This document shows positions 56,592 to 60,997 of a stretch of DNA of 60,997 bases, in pieces. The stretch is from Alphaproteobacteria bacterium. GTDB lineage: Bacteria > Pseudomonadota > Alphaproteobacteria > JAPYRI01. How positions within the stretch are numbered: position 1 is the stretch's first letter; each line of letters starts with the position of its first letter. The notes beneath the pieces were generated by a model, which had not been told where the DNA came from, ran no database searches, and saw only the letters and a program-made list of their open reading frames with translations. The stretch spans positions 1 to 60,997 of the forward strand of contig JAPYRI010000005.1 in NCBI GenBank assembly GCA_029941135.1. The letters are read 5' to 3'. The position numbers and the translations under genes were made by a program.

Positions 56592-58061
56592 ATGGCGGTA
56601 ATTGAGTTTCTTGATGAGACCATGCGAGACGGGCAGCAAAGCCTGTGGGGCATGCGCATGCAGGCGGGCATGGCGCTGCCCATTACCCCCACCATCGACA
56701 AGGTTGGTTTTCGGGTCGTTGACCTCACCGGCAGCTCCATGTTCGAAGTGCTGATCCGCCATTGCCAGGAAAACCCCTGGGAGGGCCTCGATCTATTAGT
56801 CAGTTCCATGCCCAACAGCAAAATCCGTGCGGGTATGCGCAGTAACGCGGCAGTGACCTTTGGGGTGACCCCCGACGCTTTAATGGATGTGTGGATGCAT
56901 CAGCTCTGCCGTCACGGCATCAAGAGCATGTGGATTTATGACGTCCTGTTCAACATCGACAAGACCTACCGATTGGCAAAGATCGCCAAGGAATATGATG
57001 TCGAAGTGGCGGGCGCGATCATGTTCACCATGAGCCCCGTGCACACCGACGCACACTACGCAGACAAGGCGCAGAAGCTCGCTGCATGCGCGGATATCGA
57101 CACCCTGTTACTCTACGACACGGCTGGCGTTTTGGGCCCGGAGCGTTTGCGCACCCTGGTGCCGGCTCTCATTGAGCAGGCCAACGGTAAGCCGATCGAA
57201 TTTCACTCGAACAATATACTGGGCGCGTCAGCCATTGCTTATCTGGAGGCGGTCAAGTTGGGCGTCACCATTTTGCATACTGCAAGTCGTCCCATGGCCA
57301 ACGGCCCTTCGGTGCCATCGACCGAGATTATGGTGCGGAACATCGAATTGCTAGGACACAGCCATGGTCTAGATACGTCGTTGTTGCCGCCCATTGCCGA
57401 ACATTTCGAAAAAGTTGCCTCAGCCGCCGGTTTCCCAACAGGCGTGCCCAATGAGTATGATTTGTTTTCAATCGAGCATCAGATCCCCGGCGGCATGGTC
57501 GGCACCTTTAAGGCCCAACTCGATCAGCACAAAATGCCGGAAAAACTGGACGAAGTGCTGGCAGAATCTGCCATCGTCCGGCGCGAACTGGGTTACCCTG
57601 GCATGGCGACCCCGTTTTCGCAATTGGTGGGCACGTTGGCGGTGCTGAACGTGGTGACCGGCAAGCGCTATACAGTCATCCCGGACGAGGTGATCCAATA
57701 CGCCGCCGGATACTACGGTGACCCGGTTGCACCGATCGATCCGAACGTATTGGACATCATTATGGGCTCGGCTCGCGCCAAGGAAATTCTGACCTCTCCG
57801 CCAGCCCAGCCCAGTCTTGAGGACTTAAGAAAAGAGTTCGGCACCGGCGATGACGACGACGAGCTCATCTTGCGGGCTCTGGTTCCCGAAGCCGATCTGG
57901 ATAAAATGCGCGCAGCCGGGCCAGTCAAACAAACTTATCCTATGCTGTCATCGCCAGAGCTTGAATACGCGCGCAAACTGATGGCCAGCACCAGCGCCAA
58001 TTTTCTTGAAATCGAAACCACCGACCTGTCGCTGTCGTTGCGCCGAGGCCCAAACTCTTAG
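56592..58061 (+). CDS. Carboxyltransferase of the pyruvate carboxylase B / oxaloacetate decarboxylase alpha / XccA type, with atypical metal site
   Basis: DETMRDGQQSL, HQIPGGM and LGYPGMATPFSQ. The KD motif reads YD and the HxH motif reads HSN. Confidence 0.85.
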   Translation: MAVIEFLDETMRDGQQSLWGMRMQAGMALPITPTIDKVGFRVVDLTGSSMFEVLIRHCQENPWEGLDLLVSSMPNSKIRAGMRSNAAVTFGVTPDALMDVWMHQLCRHGIKSMWIYDVLFNIDKTYRLAKIAKEYDVEVAGAIMFTMSPVHTDAHYADKAQKLAACADIDTLLLYDTAGVLGPERLRTLVPALIEQANGKPIEFHSNNILGASAIAYLEAVKLGVTILHTASRPMANGPSVPSTEIMVRNIELLGHSHGLDTSLLPPIAEHFEKVASAAGFPTGVPNEYDLFSIEHQIPGGMVGTFKAQLDQHKMPEKLDEVLAESAIVRRELGYPGMATPFSQLVGTLAVLNVVTGKRYTVIPDEVIQYAAGYYGDPVAPIDPNVLDIIMGSARAKEILTSPPAQPSLEDLRKEFGTGDDDDELILRALVPEADLDKMRAAGPVKQTYPMLSSPELEYARKLMASTSANFLEIETTDLSLSLRRGPNS

Positions 58062-58128
58062 AGGGTGATTGCCCGGCCCCCTCAAGACCGCTAGGCTGGA
58101 TGGGTAGGACGCCAACGGGAGGGAAATT

Positions 58129-59349
58129 ATGGCGAATCCGAGCAAGACTCTGTTTTCCGGGTTGCGAATCCTCGACTTGACCCGGGCCGTCGCCGGACCC
58201 ACATGCACGCGCATGTTCTCTGAGCTGGGGGCGGACGTGATTAAAGTGGAGGCTTTTCCGGAAGGTGATCTGACCCGTCAGGTATCCAAAATCAGAAACG
58301 AGCGAAGTCTGTACTTCGTTCAGCAAAATCTTGGCAAAAAAAGCCTATGCGTTGATCTGCGCAATCCGAAAGGTCTGCAATTGGTCAAGGATTTAGTGCC
58401 ATTGGTCGATGTCGTGGTGCAAAACTTCAAGCCCGGGGTGATGGCGTCAATGGGGATGGCCTACGACGATCTGAAGGAGCTAAAGCAAGACATTATCTTG
58501 TGCTCGATATCGTCGCTCGGTCAGACCGGCTCACTTGCTGAAAAGCCCGGCTACGACATGATCGCCCAATCTTACGCGGGCGTAACATCGATGGTCGGTG
58601 ACCCGGACGATGCACCTTGCTTTCCCCAATTGGCGATCGGCGACGTCAGCACCGGTGTCATGGGAGCTTTCTCAGTGCTCGCCGCCCTCTATCACCGGGA
58701 CCGTACCGGCGAAGGTCAACACTTGGACGTGAGCATTCTCGACACTTACTACCATAGCCACGAAGCAAGCGTTCATCAGTACAGCGGCAGCAACGGTAAG
58801 ATCGAACCCAACAGAACCGGTCGCCATATGAATTATTTGGCCCCAGCCGGCGTTTTTCGCGCCAATGGAGGCTATATCACGATCATGTCTTTCCTCCATC
58901 ACTGGAAGGATTTATGCGCGGCAATGGACCGCCCCGAATTGGCAGAAGACGAAAGATTAGGAAACGATGAAGGCCGCCTCGAGAATTTGGATGAAGTCAT
59001 TGAGTTGATCGAAAGCTGGCTCCAGAATTTTCCGGACCGGGATACCGCAATGGACAAACTTGACGAATTTGGTGTGCCGGCGGGCCCTGTCTTAACGATC
59101 GCCGAAACAGTCGCCCATCCTCACCTTCGAGAGCGAGGGACTGTGCGCACAATTGATGATCGGATTGCGGGAAAATTCGAGATCCCCGGCTTGCCGCCGA
59201 AGTTCTCAAAGTTCCCCGACTTGCCCGAGTTCGATGCGCCTACTTTGGGTGAGCACAACGAAGAGATTATAACCAATATCCTGGGTCGTTCAGACGACGA
59301 GCTTGCTGAGTTAAGGAATGCCGGGATCCTAAAAGAGAAAAATATTTGA
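58129..59349 (+). CDS. Class III (CaiB/BaiF) CoA-transferase, copy 1
   Basis: ILDLTRAVAGP, GADVIKVE, NLGKKS, NFKPG, GYD, IGD (catalytic Asp) and PTLGEHN. Confidence 0.93.
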   Translation: MANPSKTLFSGLRILDLTRAVAGPTCTRMFSELGADVIKVEAFPEGDLTRQVSKIRNERSLYFVQQNLGKKSLCVDLRNPKGLQLVKDLVPLVDVVVQNFKPGVMASMGMAYDDLKELKQDIILCSISSLGQTGSLAEKPGYDMIAQSYAGVTSMVGDPDDAPCFPQLAIGDVSTGVMGAFSVLAALYHRDRTGEGQHLDVSILDTYYHSHEASVHQYSGSNGKIEPNRTGRHMNYLAPAGVFRANGGYITIMSFLHHWKDLCAAMDRPELAEDERLGNDEGRLENLDEVIELIESWLQNFPDRDTAMDKLDEFGVPAGPVLTIAETVAHPHLRERGTVRTIDDRIAGKFEIPGLPPKFSKFPDLPEFDAPTLGEHNEEIITNILGRSDDELAELRNAGILKEKNI

Positions 59350-59396
59350 ACGAATAGCGGTTAATCGAATTCAATATTTAGGGGGAAGAAATTATC

Positions 59397-60617
59397 ATGA
59401 CCGGCGCGACTGAACCACTTTTCGAGGGCCTCAAAATACTCGACTTTACACGCGCCCTCGCAGGCCCAACCTGTACCCGCATGTTTGCTGAAATGGGCGC
59501 CGATGTGATCAAGGTCGAGTCGGCGCCAAACGGCGATCTAACCCGTCAAATGTCTAAGATACGGAATGATCGCAGCCTTTATTACATTCAGCAAAATCTT
59601 GGCAAACAAAGTCTTTGTGTAAATTTACGTGACCCTCGCGGCATCGCTCTCATGAAAGAACTCGTTCCCCATATGGATGTGGTGGTTGAAAACTTTAAGC
59701 CGGGCCGGATGGCATCCATGGGACTGGATTATGAAGCGCTCAAAGAACTGAAAGAGGACATCATTCTGTGTTCAATTTCGGCCATGGGGCAAACTGGCCC
59801 GCTGGCAACAAAACCAGGTTACGATTACATCGCCCAAGCCTATACCGGCGTCACTTCCATGATCGGCGATCCTAATGACGCACCCTCTATCCCACTTTTG
59901 GGCATCGGCGATGTCGCCACGGGCGTGCATGGGGCGTTTGCTGTTTTGGCGGCAATTTATCACCGGGAAAGAACCGGTCGGGGGCAGCATTTGGATGTTG
60001 CCCTGGCCGATGTTTATTACCATTGTCACGAAGTGAACGTGCACCAGTACACGGGCAGCAATGGTGAGATTAAGCCGACCCGCGGCGGTCGCCACATGAG
60101 CTACGTGTGCCCGGCTGGGGTGTTTCGCGCCAATGGCGGCGACATCATGATCATGGCGTTTCTCCATCACTTTAAGGATTTATGCGCGGCCATGGACCGC
60201 CCGGAATTGGTCACTAAAGAAGGGTGGACAACCGACCAGGAACGCTTGGCCAGGTTGGATGAAGTTGTGGCACTGGTCGAAACTTGGCTTCAGACTTTTC
60301 CTAGCCACTGGGACGCGATTGCAAAGATGGAAGAGCACGGCGTTCCCGTGGCGCCCATTCTGACCGTAGAAGACACGATCACTCACCCACACTTGCTACA
60401 TCGGGGTACGATCCGCACAATTAACGACCGGCTCGCGGGCGAATTCGGCATTCCCGGGATGCCGATTAAGTTTTCCGAATTTCCTGAGGATTTGCCCTTG
60501 GAGGCTGACACCCTGGGCCAGCACAATGCGCATATAATCACCGAGGTTTTGAATCACAGCGAAGAAGAATTGGCCCAATTACGCGCCGATGGAATATTGA
60601 ACGAAGGGGAGTTCTAA
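59397..60617 (+). CDS. Class III (CaiB/BaiF) CoA-transferase, copy 2
   Basis: Same motifs as copy 1, same 406-aa length and colinear with it. Confidence 0.93.
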   Translation: MTGATEPLFEGLKILDFTRALAGPTCTRMFAEMGADVIKVESAPNGDLTRQMSKIRNDRSLYYIQQNLGKQSLCVNLRDPRGIALMKELVPHMDVVVENFKPGRMASMGLDYEALKELKEDIILCSISAMGQTGPLATKPGYDYIAQAYTGVTSMIGDPNDAPSIPLLGIGDVATGVHGAFAVLAAIYHRERTGRGQHLDVALADVYYHCHEVNVHQYTGSNGEIKPTRGGRHMSYVCPAGVFRANGGDIMIMAFLHHFKDLCAAMDRPELVTKEGWTTDQERLARLDEVVALVETWLQTFPSHWDAIAKMEEHGVPVAPILTVEDTITHPHLLHRGTIRTINDRLAGEFGIPGMPIKFSEFPEDLPLEADTLGQHNAHIITEVLNHSEEELAQLRADGILNEGEF

Positions 60618-60637
60618 TCGTCTCAATCGCCGTCCTC

Positions 60638-60985
60638 ATGATAAGGAAATCAGCCAGACTCTCGATGGGCATTCTATTGTGCGGTCTGGTTTGGCCACAA
60701 ATTTCCGAAGCCAATGACTTTCCAACTGAAGCGCGGGCAGAATATGTCATCGCCTGCATGTCCGGCACCGGAGAAAACGCCCGAAGTCTGAGACACTGTG
60801 CATGCGCCGTCGATCGCATTGCCGCTGAATTGAAGTACGATCAGTATGTTGCCGCTGAGACCGTTCTGCGCATGCGCAAAATGAACGGCGAAAAAGGATC
60901 GTTGTTTCGAGAGTCTGACAGTCTGACAAAAACCGTAAAAGCCTTGGATAGTGCAGTGACAGAAGCGAAGAAGGGATGCTTTTAA
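60638..60985 (+). CDS. Small exported Cys-rich hypothetical protein
   Basis: Signal peptide ending in SEA, then NDFPTEARAEYVIACM...HCACAVD...GCF (four Cys in the mature part). Confidence 0.7.
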   Translation: MIRKSARLSMGILLCGLVWPQISEANDFPTEARAEYVIACMSGTGENARSLRHCACAVDRIAAELKYDQYVAAETVLRMRKMNGEKGSLFRESDSLTKTVKALDSAVTEAKKGCF

Positions 60986-60997
60986 CGGGTAGAAATC

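Noticed and set aside
54711-58061. accB/accC of fatty-acid synthesis, or a standard pyruvate carboxylase
   Set aside because: The partner is a PycB/OadA-type CT with altered metal ligands inside a catabolic operon, and no accA/accD genes are present.
1-60997. CRISPR arrays, IS elements/integrases, tRNA or rRNA genes
   Set aside because: I saw no regularly spaced repeats, transposase or integrase ORFs, or RNA gene signatures. Intergenic gaps are short. This was by eye only.

Overview
This ~61 kb bacterial window is gene-dense and probably alphaproteobacterial (inferred from the DUF4170 and TIGR02281-type genes). I saw no rRNA, tRNA, CRISPR array or mobile element. The left part (1-25.7 kb) is mixed housekeeping and accessory: the 5' part of a 2-oxoacid:ferredoxin oxidoreductase alpha gene missed by the ORF track, a six-gene TonB2/Ttp-type energiser operon, EmrAB-MarR, MscS, glpK, a probably frameshifted lipoprotein-AMIN gene, a GMC oxidoreductase and a halohydrin dehalogenase carrying both diagnostic motifs. 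The middle (25.9-34.1 kb) is a quinohemoprotein amine dehydrogenase cluster (qhpADCBFE plus qhpG). The right part (35.4-60.6 kb) is the most interesting: a large catabolic island with a non-CODH Mo-hydroxylase, acyl-CoA dehydrogenase, SCP2-type thiolase, two P450s, IclR, crotonase, a two-subunit B12 acyl-CoA mutase with a remodelled pocket, an LLM oxidoreductase and two tandem class III CoA-transferases. It also holds a three-gene PPDK-derived phosphotransfer module (stand-alone phospho-His protein, 717-aa unknown fusion protein, PPDK lacking its pyruvate domain) directly followed by a three-part biotin carboxylase whose carboxyltransferase has lost canonical metal ligands. I interpret this island as a candidate undescribed phosphorylation/carboxylation/carbon-skeleton-rearrangement pathway. 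All family calls come from motif recognition by eye; no database search was run.
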